Shown one piece after another: positions 52,945 to 64,000 of a DNA stretch of 64,000 nt; position 1 is the stretch's first letter; every line of letters begins with the position of its first letter. The DNA lies in contig NC_092678.1 in assembly GCF_964355755.1 (NCBI RefSeq), positions 22,957,365-23,021,364 on the forward strand, in the 5' to 3' direction. Both the position numbers and the translations under genes were made by a program. Origin of the DNA: Antedon mediterranea. Lineage: Eukaryota > Animalia > Echinodermata. Below the pieces are notes generated by a model that was not told where the DNA came from, did no database searches, and saw only the letters and a list, made by a program, of their open reading frames with translations.

Positions 52945-54344
52945 AGGTGTTAATTAACATAACAGCTACCTACTGACGTCACGTCTTACTTGACATACCA
53001 CTTGCATACGTACGTCACACCTGCAGGGCATGCGCGCATACAGGATGATAATAATGTGTGTGGCAAAATCTTGAAAAGTACAGTTTAATTTCAAATAAAA
53101 TGGTGAATTGACAGAAAACTACCTCCATGATTTGGTGTTTAGTATTGCAGCCTATTGAAATAGTGTATATTTCGTTTAATTCTTTATGCAAAACGTTTCG
53201 AAAAAGACCAGTAATTTTGAGCCGGCCAGTACAACTAGGCCTATGCCTACGTGTACGACTGCTGCTGCTGGTGGACGTGACACGTGGAAAGTCGCGGTTC
53301 ACTCAAATGGTTAAAATTAACATGCTTGTTGTAGCAATTATCATTGTAAGTACATTATTATTATTATTATTACGGCATGGATGGGGGTAGGCCTAGAGTA
53401 GGCTACGGCGAGTTAGCCTAGGCCTAGCCAAGTTTGGTGCAAATGCTATGCTATGTATTCTAATACAAAGGTTGATTTCTAAATTATAAATGTCATTCAG
53501 ACATTACGTTTCCAGGACATTTTGGCCTTTCTGGTGGTCTTTTCTGCCTGCCAACTCCACGCATAAGGCCCAATTTTGGTTATGCCTCACACGCATGGCT
53601 ATTTGGCTAAAAATCAGGAAAAACATTTTGAAATTAACTTGCCTAGATAGTATTTATGTAATTAATTTGACATGGTTGATCCCGTCGTTGATGTGATGTA
53701 GTGCAGGAAAGCTCGTGTCCAAAAATTAAACATAGTGGGCGTATTATTAGTTGTTTTTTGTATTCGATTGGGACTGTTAATCGGCACAGACATGTGATAT
53801 ATAGAAAACACAATTAGGTCAATAAAATGCCATTCATAACTGAATGTTTTTGTACATCATTCAGATATTTGGTTTTCCATGACCTTTTGGTCTTTCTGGG
53901 GATTTTTTTACTTTTCAATGTTTTTTAATAATTGCTGTAGTATAATTTAGTTAGATTAGTTTGTAATGTACATTGATATTTCATTATTAATTCCAGGGTC
54001 TTTTTGGAATATAACATGTTTCTCACAAAGACGCAGAACATTCAGCATTTGGATTTAACTCATCCAGAGGATAGCCAGGTAAGATATTTCAAAAACTGAA
54101 TGTTAAGCAAGCTTAAACTTAAATAGCAAAAATCAAGAAAGATATTTCTTTTTCATAGCATGGCTATGAAAGGTTAGATACTTTTTTTTATTCTACGGCA
54201 TCCCATACCAAAATAAAAGCGTGTTCAGCAAAGAGTTTTTCTGTCAACCTCCTTCTGTTCTCGGTACTTTTGCCAGATATAGTGAGAACAATAACTGGGC
54301 TCAGAAAGCAAACTTTGTTGTAAAAGGTTCACTTAGTTGTAAAC

Positions 54345-56665
54345 TAAACTTTTGGTAGAATCGAGACCATGTGTAGTTCGTCGTCTTAGTGAGATCTGTT
54401 GCATGCGTATTAGTTTTTTTGTCTTCTAAACTTTTTTTTGTAGAATCGAGACCATGTGTAGTTCATCGTCTTAGTGAGATCTGTTGCATGCGTATTAGTT
54501 TTTTTGTCTTCTTAACTTTTTTTGTAGAATCGAGACCATGTGTAGTTCATCGTCTTAGTGAGATCTGTTGCATAGCGTATTAGTTTTTTTGTCTTCTAAA
54601 CTTTTTTTTGGTAGAATCGAGACCATGTGTAGTTCATCGTCTTAGTGAGATCTGTTGCATAGCGTATTAGTTTTTTTGTCTTCTGAACTTTTTTTTGGTA
54701 GAATCGAGACCATGTGTAGTTCATCGTCTTAGTGAGATCTGTTGCATAGCGTATTAGTTTCTTTGTCTTTTAAACTTTTTTTTGTAGAATCGAGACCATG
54801 TGTAGTTCATCGTCTTAGTGAGATCTGTTGCATGCGTATTAGTTTTTTTGTCTTCTAAACTTTTTTTTGTAGAATCGAGACCATGTGTAGTTCATCGTCT
54901 TAGTGAGATCTGTTGCATAGCGTATTAGTTTTTTTGTCTTCTAAACTTTTTTTTGGTAGAATCGAGACCATGTGTAGTTCATCGTCTTAGTGAGATCTGT
55001 TGCATAGCGTATTAGTTTTTTTGTCTTCTAAACTTTTTTTTGGTAGAATCGAGACCATGTGTAGTTCATCGTCTTAGTGAGATCTGTTGCATAGCGTATT
55101 AGTTTTTTTGTCTTCTAAACTTTTTTTTGGTAGAATCGAGACCATGTTTAGTTCATCGTCTTAGTGAGATCTGTTGCATAGCATATTAGTTTTTTTGTCT
55201 TCTAAACTTTTTTTTGTAGAATCGAGACCATGTGTAGTTCATCGTCTTAGTGAGATCTGTTGCATGCGTATTAGTTTCTTTGTCTTCTAAACTTTTTTTT
55301 GGTAGAATCGAGACCATGTGTAGTTCATCGTCTTAGTGAGATCTGTTGCATGCGTATTAGTTTCTTTGTCTTCTAAACTTTTTTTGGTAGAATCGAGACC
55401 ATGTGTAGTTCATCGTCTTAGTGAGATCTGTTGCATAGCGTATTAGTTTTTTTGTCTTCTAAACTTTTTTTTGGTAGAATCGAGACCATGTTTAGTTCAT
55501 CGTCTTAGTGAGATCTGTTGCATGCGTATTAGTTTCTTTGTCTTCTAAACTTTTTTTTGGTAGAATCGAGACCATGTTTAGTTCATCGTCTTAGTGAGAT
55601 CTGTTGCATGCATATTAGTTTTTTTGTCTTCTAAACTTTTTTTTGTAGAATCGAGACCATGTGTAGTTCATCGTCTTAGTGAGATCTGTTGCATGCGTAT
55701 TAGTTTCTTTGTCTTCTAAACTTTTTTTAGGTAGAATCGAGACCATGTTTAGTTCATCGTCTTAGTGAGATCTGTTGCATGCGTATTAGTTTTTTTGTCT
55801 TCTACACTTTTTTTGGTAGAATCGAGACCATGTGTAGTTCATCGTCTTAGTGAGATCTGTTGCATAGCGTATTAGTTTTTTTGTCTTCTAAACTTTTTTT
55901 TGGTAGAATCGAGACCATGTGTAGTTCATCGTCTTAGTGAGATCTGTTGCATGCGTATTAGTTTCTTTGTCTTTTAAACTTTTTTTGGTAGAATCGAGAC
56001 CATGTGTAGTTCATCGTCTTAGTGAGATCTGTTGCATAGCGTATTAGTTTCTTTGTCTTCTAAACTTTTTTTTGTAGAATCGAGACCATGTGTAGTTCAT
56101 CGTCTTAGTGAGATCTGTTGCATAGCGTATTAGTTTCTTTGTCTTCTAAACTTTTTTTTGTAGAATCGAGACCATGTGTAGTTCATCGTCTTAGTGAGAT
56201 CTGTTGCATAGCGTATTAGTTTCTTTGTCTTCTAAACTTTTTTTTGGTAGAATCGAGACCATGTGTAGTTCATCGTCTTAGTGAGATCTGTTGCATAGCG
56301 TATTAGTTTCTTTGTCTTTTAAACTTTTTTTTGTAGAATCGAGACCATGTGTAGTTCATCGTCTTAGTGAGATCTGTTGCATAGCGTATTAGTTTCTTTG
56401 TCTTCTAAACTTTTTTTTGTAGAATCGAGACCATGTGTAGTTCATCGTCTTAGTGAGATCTGTTGCATAGCGTATTAGTTTCTTTGTCTTCTAAACTTTT
56501 TTTGGTAGAATCGAGACCATGTGTAGTTCATCGTCTTAGTGAGATCTGTTGCATAGCGTATTAGTTTCTTTGTCTTTTAAACTTTTTTTGGTAGAATCGA
56601 GACCATGTGTAGTTCATCGTCTTAGTGAGATCTGTTGCATAGCGTATTAGTTTCTTTGTCTTCTA
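54345..56665. repeat. ~86-bp satellite, 27 copies
   Basis: Unit gtagaatcgagaccatgtgtagttcatcgtcttagtgagatctgttgcat(a)gcgtattagttt(c/t)tttgtcttctaaactttttttt. Confidence 0.97.
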
Positions 56666-56699
56666 TGGGTACATGACCTTTTGTTTGTATGTATTTCTT

Positions 56700-59272
56700 T
56701 TTTTCAGTTGGCGTACAGTATCATCTGATAAATTCTAATTAAGTGTATCTGTCCATACCATTTGAGGTTGAATATACAGTAATGTACATATTTCATTGGG
56801 CACAACTGAAAGACAGTTTTGGCTAGACTTCTCAGTCGACGGTTGGACTCCTTTGCAGCCACTGCATGGTTCATTCTGTGAACAAACTTCTGATATCAAA
56901 CTTCTATCAACTTTTGATATTTGAAACTGTTTGGAAGCCAGGCGTGTCATTTTGCGGTACCCAATCCGAAGCTGAAATAGGGTTACTTACTCAATGATTG
57001 TATAGAATAGGGATGTTCATTATTAATACGCGATACTACACATTTGGCTAATTAAAAAGGGGAAAAATTGTCTTGTGATTTACAAATACAGTATGTTGTG
57101 GTGCTGTATTCTTCGTGAGAAATTGGTTGTAAAAGGTTCACTGTAACATCTCAGACTCCGAATTTTTTACTAGAATAGTCGTCTTAGTTAACTACCATAC
57201 CATACCATACCATATAAGTTTCCCCAACTAACTGAGTACTGACAGGTACAGTATTAAAACCTTCTTTGCTAGTACTGTAATGTTTTTATTTATTTCATAT
57301 TTTCGTAACATTATTTAGTGGGATAACTGATCTGTAGTTTCACTGTATCCCTGTCCCCTTGGGTAGACCTCGTCATGCCACTACATGGTTCATTTCTTTA
57401 CTATTACTACTTTGAAACCACATGTTTAAAAAAATGAATGCATTTAGTAAAAGTTTACTTTTATCAACTGTGTAAATAATATTTGTACTTAATTATTTGC
57501 TACTGTAAAAACTGTTTAAAAATGAGAGGTAATGTTGAAAGAGATAAAGCAATGCTGAAACTTTTGTGTAGCTACACTTTGTTAGCCAATGATGCGACAG
57601 AATAGGGATATTCATTATTACTACTGTATGTGATACTACACATTTGAAATTTGTATTATTCAGTGTAGGTACTCATTGATATTGTTCAGTCCTGGTTTTG
57701 TGATTGCCCCACCTGTAAAGATCTGTGTTATACTGTATGTAGTAACAATTGTTTAAATCATTTTCTAGATTCTACCGATGTTGTTTGAAAATTTGTATTA
57801 TTCAGTCCTGTTTTTGTAATTGGTCATGTGAAAGCAGTAACCTGTAAAGGTCGGTGGTATACTGTATGTAGTAATAATTACTTTGTTAAATCATTTTTCA
57901 GTTTCTACTGATGTCGATGACTCCATTTACGTATTTAAGTAATGTGAAGGATTGGACGTGTAGCTCAGAAATTTGTGCGTTGGCTTTTACTAAAGAGTAC
58001 CAAAGAAGCAAGCTAGATTTATGATATTGAAGAATTGGTGGATCATTTGAAGATGAACACCGAAATAATTATTTAGTGTAGGTAGTCATTGATGTTGTTC
58101 AGTCCTGGTTTTGTGATTGCCCCACCTGTAAAGATCTGTGTTGTACTGTATGTAGTAACAATTGTTTAAATCATTTTCTAGATTCTACCGATGTTGATGA
58201 CTGCATTAACGTCTTTGGGTAAGGTGAAGGAATGGACGTGTGGCTCAGAAATGTTGGCGTTGCCTCCTACTAAACAGTACCAAAGAAGCAAGCTAGATTT
58301 ATGATATTGAAGATTGTGTGGATCATTTGAAGATGATGAACACCGAAATAATTATTTAGTGTTGGTAGTCATGGATATTGTTCACTCCTGTTTTTTTTTT
58401 TAAACATTACCTGTTACTACTTTGAAACCACATGTTTAAAAAAATGAATGCATTAGTAAAAGTTCACTTTATCAACTGTGTAAATAATATTTGTACTTAA
58501 TTATTTGCTACTGTAAAAACTGTTTAAAAATGAGAGGTAATGTTGAAAGAGATAAAGCAATGCTGAAACTGAAAGACCCTTTTGTGTAGCTACACTTTGT
58601 TAGCGGATGGTTGGACTTCTTTTGATATTTGAACCTGTTTAAATTCCCAATATTGGCACTTAATTATTTGCTACTGTATGCCAGGCGTGTGTCATTCAGC
58701 AGTACTCAATCAAAAGCTGAATTAGGGTTATTACTTATCAATGATGCGACAGAATAGGGATATTCATTATTACTATGTGATACTACACATTTAAAATTTG
58801 CCAAGTTGAAAAGGGGAAAAATTGTCTGGTGTGGTGTAGTGTTTCATACTAGGTTCATTATAGTGTACCAAAAAAGCAAGGTAGAAGAAGATGAACACCG
58901 AAATAATTATTTAGTGTAGGTACTCATTGATATTGTTCACTCCTGTTTTTGTAATTGCCCTACGTGAAATGAATAAAACAAGAATTCCTGTACGTAGTAA
59001 TAATTGTTAAATAATTTTTCAGATTCTACCGATGTTGATGACTGCATTAACGTGTTTGGGTGAGGTGAGGGAATGGACGTGTAGCTCAGAAATGTTTGCG
59101 TTGTCTCCTACTAAAAAGTACCAAAGAAGCAAGCTAGATTTATGATATTGAAGAATGTGTGGATCATTTGAAGAAGATGAACACCGAAATAATTATTTAG
59201 TGTAGTGTTCATTGATTTTTTAGTCCTGTTGTTGTAATTGCCCTACATGAAGTGAATAAAACAAGAATTCCA
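56700..59272. repeat. Complex region of interleaved diverged duplications
   Basis: agtaccaaagaagcaagctagatttatgatattgaaga occurs at about 57995, 58275 and 59115; 57400-57580 repeats at 58410-58600. Confidence 0.85.
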
Positions 59273-59627
59273 ACATATATAAACTTGATTTAGACACGAG
59301 ACTGATGTGCAGTACAACTCGTTCAATCAATATTGATTGTTTTTACACAAGTTCGTGATACTGTATTACCAAAAAAAAATCAACACCATATAAATACGAC
59401 AGAAAGAAACAAAATTACAGCAGAATCCCCCCGAGAAGTACCATACCGGTACTTATCGTGTAAACGGAAACCCTTATCGAAGTGTATAATTTATGGGGCT
59501 TCTACTGTAATACATAATAAATCTTTTTACCTTAAAATAAATTAGTGAGAAAACACACATTTTATATAGTATTTAGCCATTTTAAAAGTTGGATGTACAC
59601 CATCGTAGATTACCATACCATGATGTT

Positions 59628-60392
59628 TTACAATGCATTTTTCAGATACGTTTTAAACAACTTAACTGAATTTGGAAGGGTGTCAACATTGAGACTATTC
59701 CATATAATTGCTCCACGATAAGACAGACTTTGTTTTTTAAAATCGGTTTTTGGCTTCGGGATGAATAGATGTGTATCACTGTGCCTTAGATTATAATTTA
59801 TATCATTGTATGTAAATACATTATTTAGGTAAGGTGGGGCATTATCTGTCGAAACCTTATATATAACCATACAACATTCATATCTACCTTGATATAATAA
59901 AGGTGACCAATAAATTTGTCCCATGTTAGACCACACACGATTCGAGGTGTTCTGTTTTGGATAGTTTGAACTCTTTTCATTAGAGTTTGACTACTATTTA
60001 AAATAATAGCTACATCGTCTGAGCATATCCAATCCATTTAGAGCGTTACCTCGAATGTATTCATGATAAATGTTGGTCTGTTATGATACCGAGATGTTTG
60101 CAATATCGAACGCGTGGTACAGCATCGTTATTCAATTCAAGGAACATTTATTCACGTCCAAAAGACAAAAAGTAGCAAAAACAAAATGGCAAGTGATAAA
60201 ACAAGAAAATGGACGAAGGCAAATCCCAAAAAGATTACAATCTTGTGACGGGATTGCCTTTACAAAATATTTGTTTTTTTTTAGCCAATCGTCGGTTTGT
60301 AGAAGTTCTTCATTTATATATATTTCATTTTCATTTTTTGAAGAACAATAAATTATAGTATCGTCAGCATACATTTATATATTGGATGTGTG
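59628..60392 (-). pseudogene. Decayed non-LTR retrotransposon RT C-terminal half (CR1/L2 group)
   Basis: MYADDTIIYCS...WLKKNK; KRVQTIQNRTPRIVCG; APPYL...YNLR...PKPKTDFKKQSLSYRGAIIWNSL...FKTYLK, split across frames. Confidence 0.9.
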
Positions 60393-63300
60393 TATAGTAA
60401 ATAATTTTTCTTGTACTTATAGTAAATAATTTTTCTTGTACTTATAGTAAATAATTTTTCTTGTACTTATAGTAAATAATTTTTCTTGTACTTATAGTAA
60501 ATAATTTTTCTTGTACTTATAGTAAATAATTTTTCTTGTACTTATAGTAAATAATTTTTCTTGTACTTATAGTAAATAATTTTTCTTGTACTTATAGTAA
60601 ATAATTTTTCTTGTACTTATAGTAAATAATTTTTCTTGTACTTATAGTAAATAATTTTTCTTGTACTTATAGTAAATAATTTTTCTTGTACTTATAGTAA
60701 ATAATTTTTCTTGTACTTATAGTAAATAATTTTTCTTGTACTTATAGTAAATAATTTTTCTTGTACTTATAGTAAATAATTTTTCTTGTACTTATAGTAA
60801 ATAATTTTTCTTGTACTTATAGTAAATAATTTTTCTTGTACTTATAGTAAATAATTTTTCTTGTACTTATAGTAAATAATTTTTCTTGTACTTATAGTAA
60901 ATAATTTTTCTTGTACTTATAGTAAATAATTTTTCTTGTACTTATAGTAAATAATTTTTCTTGTACTTATAGTAAATAATTTTTCTTGTACTTATAGTAA
61001 ATAATTTTTCTTGTACTTATAGTAAATAATTTTTCTTGTACTTATAGTAAATAATTTTTCTTGTACTTATAGTAAATAATTTTTCTTGTACTTATAGTAA
61101 ATAATTTTTCTTGTACTTATAGTAAATAATTTTTCTTGTACTTATAGTAAATAATTTTTCTTGTACTTATAGTAAATAATTTTTCTTGTACTTATAGTAA
61201 ATAATTTTTCTTGTACTTATAGTAAATAATTTTTCTTGTACTTATAGTAAATAATTTTTCTTGTACTTATAGTAAATAATTTTTCTTGTACTTATAGTAA
61301 ATAATTTTTCTTGTACTTATAGTAAATAATTTTTCTTGTACTTATAGTAAATAATTTTTCTTGTACTTATAGTAAATAATTTTTCTTGTACTTATAGTAA
61401 ATAATTTTTCTTGTACTTATAGTAAATAATTTTTCTTGTACTTATAGTAAATAATTTTTCTTGTACTTATAGTAAATAATTTTTCTTGTACTTATAGTAA
61501 ATAATTTTTCTTGTACTTATAGTAAATAATTTTTCTTGTACTTATAGTAAATAATTTTTCTTGTACTTATAGTAAATAATTTTTCTTGTACTTATAGTAA
61601 ATAATTTTTCTTGTACTTATAGTAAATAATTTTTCTTGTACTTATAGTAAATAATTTTTCTTGTACTTATAGTAAATAATTTTTCTTGTACTTATAGTAA
61701 ATAATTTTTCTTGTACTTATAGTAAATAATTTTTCTTGTACTTATAGTAAATAATTTTTCTTGTACTTATAGTAAATAATTTTTCTTGTACTTATAGTAA
61801 ATAATTTTTCTTGTACTTATAGTAAATAATTTTTCTTGTACTTATAGTAAATAATTTTTCTTGTACTTATAGTAAATAATTTTTCTTGTACTTATAGTAA
61901 ATAATTTTTCTTGTACTTATAGTAAATAATTTTTCTTGTACTTATAGTAAATAATTTTTCTTGTACTTATAGTAAATAATTTTTCTTGTACTTATAGTAA
62001 ATAATTTTTCTTGTACTTATAGTAAATAATTTTTCTTGTACTTATAGTAAATAATTTTTCTTGTACTTATAGTAAATAATTTTTCTTGTACTTATAGTAA
62101 ATAATTTTTCTTGTACTTATAGTAAATAATTTTTCTTGTACTTATAGTAAATAATTTTTCTTGTACTTATAGTAAATAATTTTTCTTGTACTTATAGTAA
62201 ATAATTTTTCTTGTACTTATAGTAAATAATTTTTCTTGTACTTATAGTAAATAATTTTTCTTGTACTTATAGTAAATAATTTTTCTTGTACTTATAGTAA
62301 ATAATTTTTCTTGTACTTATAGTAAATAATTTTTCTTGTACTTATAGTAAATAATTTTTCTTGTACTTATAGTAAATAATTTTTCTTGTACTTATAGTAA
62401 ATAATTTTTCTTGTACTTATAGTAAATAATTTTTCTTGTACTTATAGTAAATAATTTTTCTTGTACTTATAGTAAATAATTTTTCTTGTACTTATAGTAA
62501 ATAATTTTTCTTGTACTTATAGTAAATAATTTTTCTTGTACTTATAGTAAATAATTTTTCTTGTACTTATAGTAAATAATTTTTCTTGTACTTATAGTAA
62601 ATAATTTTTCTTGTACTTATAGTAAATAATTTTTCTTGTACTTATAGTAAATAATTTTTCTTGTACTTATAGTAAATAATTTTTCTTGTACTTATAGTAA
62701 ATAATTTTTCTTGTACTTATAGTAAATAATTTTTCTTGTACTTATAGTAAATAATTTTTCTTGTACTTATAGTAAATAATTTTTCTTGTACTTATAGTAA
62801 ATAATTTTTCTTGTACTTATAGTAAATAATTTTTCTTGTACTTATAGTAAATAATTTTTCTTGTACTTATAGTAAATAATTTTTCTTGTACTTATAGTAA
62901 ATAATTTTTCTTGTACTTATAGTAAATAATTTTTCTTGTACTTATAGTAAATAATTTTTCTTGTACTTATAGTAAATAATTTTTCTTGTACTTATAGTAA
63001 ATAATTTTTCTTGTACTTATAGTAAATAATTTTTCTTGTACTTATAGTAAATAATTTTTCTTGTACTTATAGTAAATAATTTTTCTTGTACTTATAGTAA
63101 ATAATTTTTCTTGTACTTATAGTAAATAATTTTTCTTGTACTTATAGTAAATAATTTTTCTTGTACTTATAGTAAATAATTTTTCTTGTACTTATAGTAA
63201 ATAATTTTTCTTGTACTTATAGTAAATAATTTTTCTTGTACTTATAGTAAATAATTTTTCTTGTACTTATAGTAAATAATTTTTCTTGTACTTATAGTAA

Positions 63301-64000
63301 ATAATTTTTCTTGTACTTATAGTAAATAATTTTTCTTGTACTTATAGTAAATAATTTTTCTTGTACTTATAGTAAATAATTTTTCTTGTACTTATAGTAA
63401 ATAATTTTTCTTGTACTTATAGTAAATAATTTTTCTTGTACTTATAGTAAATAATTTTTCTTGTACTTATAGTAAATAATTTTTCTTGTACTTATAGTAA
63501 ATAATTTTTCTTGTACTTATAGTAAATAATTTTTCTTGTACTTATAGTAAATAATTTTTCTTGTACTTATAGTAAATAATTTTTCTTGTACTTATAGTAA
63601 ATAATTTTTCTTGTACTTATAGTAAATAATTTTTCTTGTACTTATAGTAAATAATTTTTCTTGTACTTATAGTAAATAATTTTTCTTGTACTTATAGTAA
63701 ATAATTTTTCTTGTACTTATAGTAAATAATTTTTCTTGTACTTATAGTAAATAATTTTTCTTGTACTTATAGTAAATAATTTTTCTTGTACTTATAGTAA
63801 ATAATTTTTCTTGTACTTATAGTAAATAATTTTTCTTGTACTTATAGTAAATAATTTTTCTTGTACTTATAGTAAATAATTTTTCTTGTACTTATAGTAA
63901 ATAATTTTTCTTGTACTTATAGTAAATAATTTTTCTTGTACTTATAGTAAATAATTTTTCTTGTACTTATAGTAAATAATTTTTCTTGTACTTATAGTAA
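60393..64000. repeat. 25-bp satellite, about 144 visually identical copies, running off the window end
   Basis: Unit tatagtaaataatttttcttgtact. Confidence 0.99.

Noticed and set aside
54345-56665. CRISPR-like array
   Set aside because: The units are fully repeated with no unique spacers, there are no cas genes, and the context is eukaryotic.
60393-64000. Telomeric repeat
   Set aside because: The unit is AT-rich with no G-run and is unlike TTAGGG-type repeats; the window end need not be a chromosome end.

Overview
AT-rich animal genomic DNA, invertebrate-like, with GT-AG introns; not prokaryotic. Positions <190-51431 hold one giant + strand gene whose start lies upstream of the window. I assembled about 88 exons by eye (about 15 kb coding, about 5,000 aa), and the junctions I checked were phase-consistent. 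The predicted type I membrane protein has an unusual domain order: lipoprotein/vitellogenin-like helical segment, amphipathic helices, degenerate M23/LECT2-like domain, SAP motif, Cys-containing beta region, PAN/apple, many FN3-like repeats, GH16/ConA-like domain without the catalytic motif, cadherin/Big_9-like repeats, two EGFs, a TM helix and an acidic tail. Its introns carry several MITE families, SINE and LINE fragments, minisatellites, two cases of amplified copies of a real splice acceptor, and 21-26 bp CATG-ended inserts with 7-bp target duplications. Downstream are a ~545-bp tandem duplication with a long hairpin, a 27 x ~86-bp satellite, a complex repeat region, a decayed LINE RT, and a visually invariant 25-bp satellite running to the window end. 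All domain calls are motif recognition by eye, not database results.
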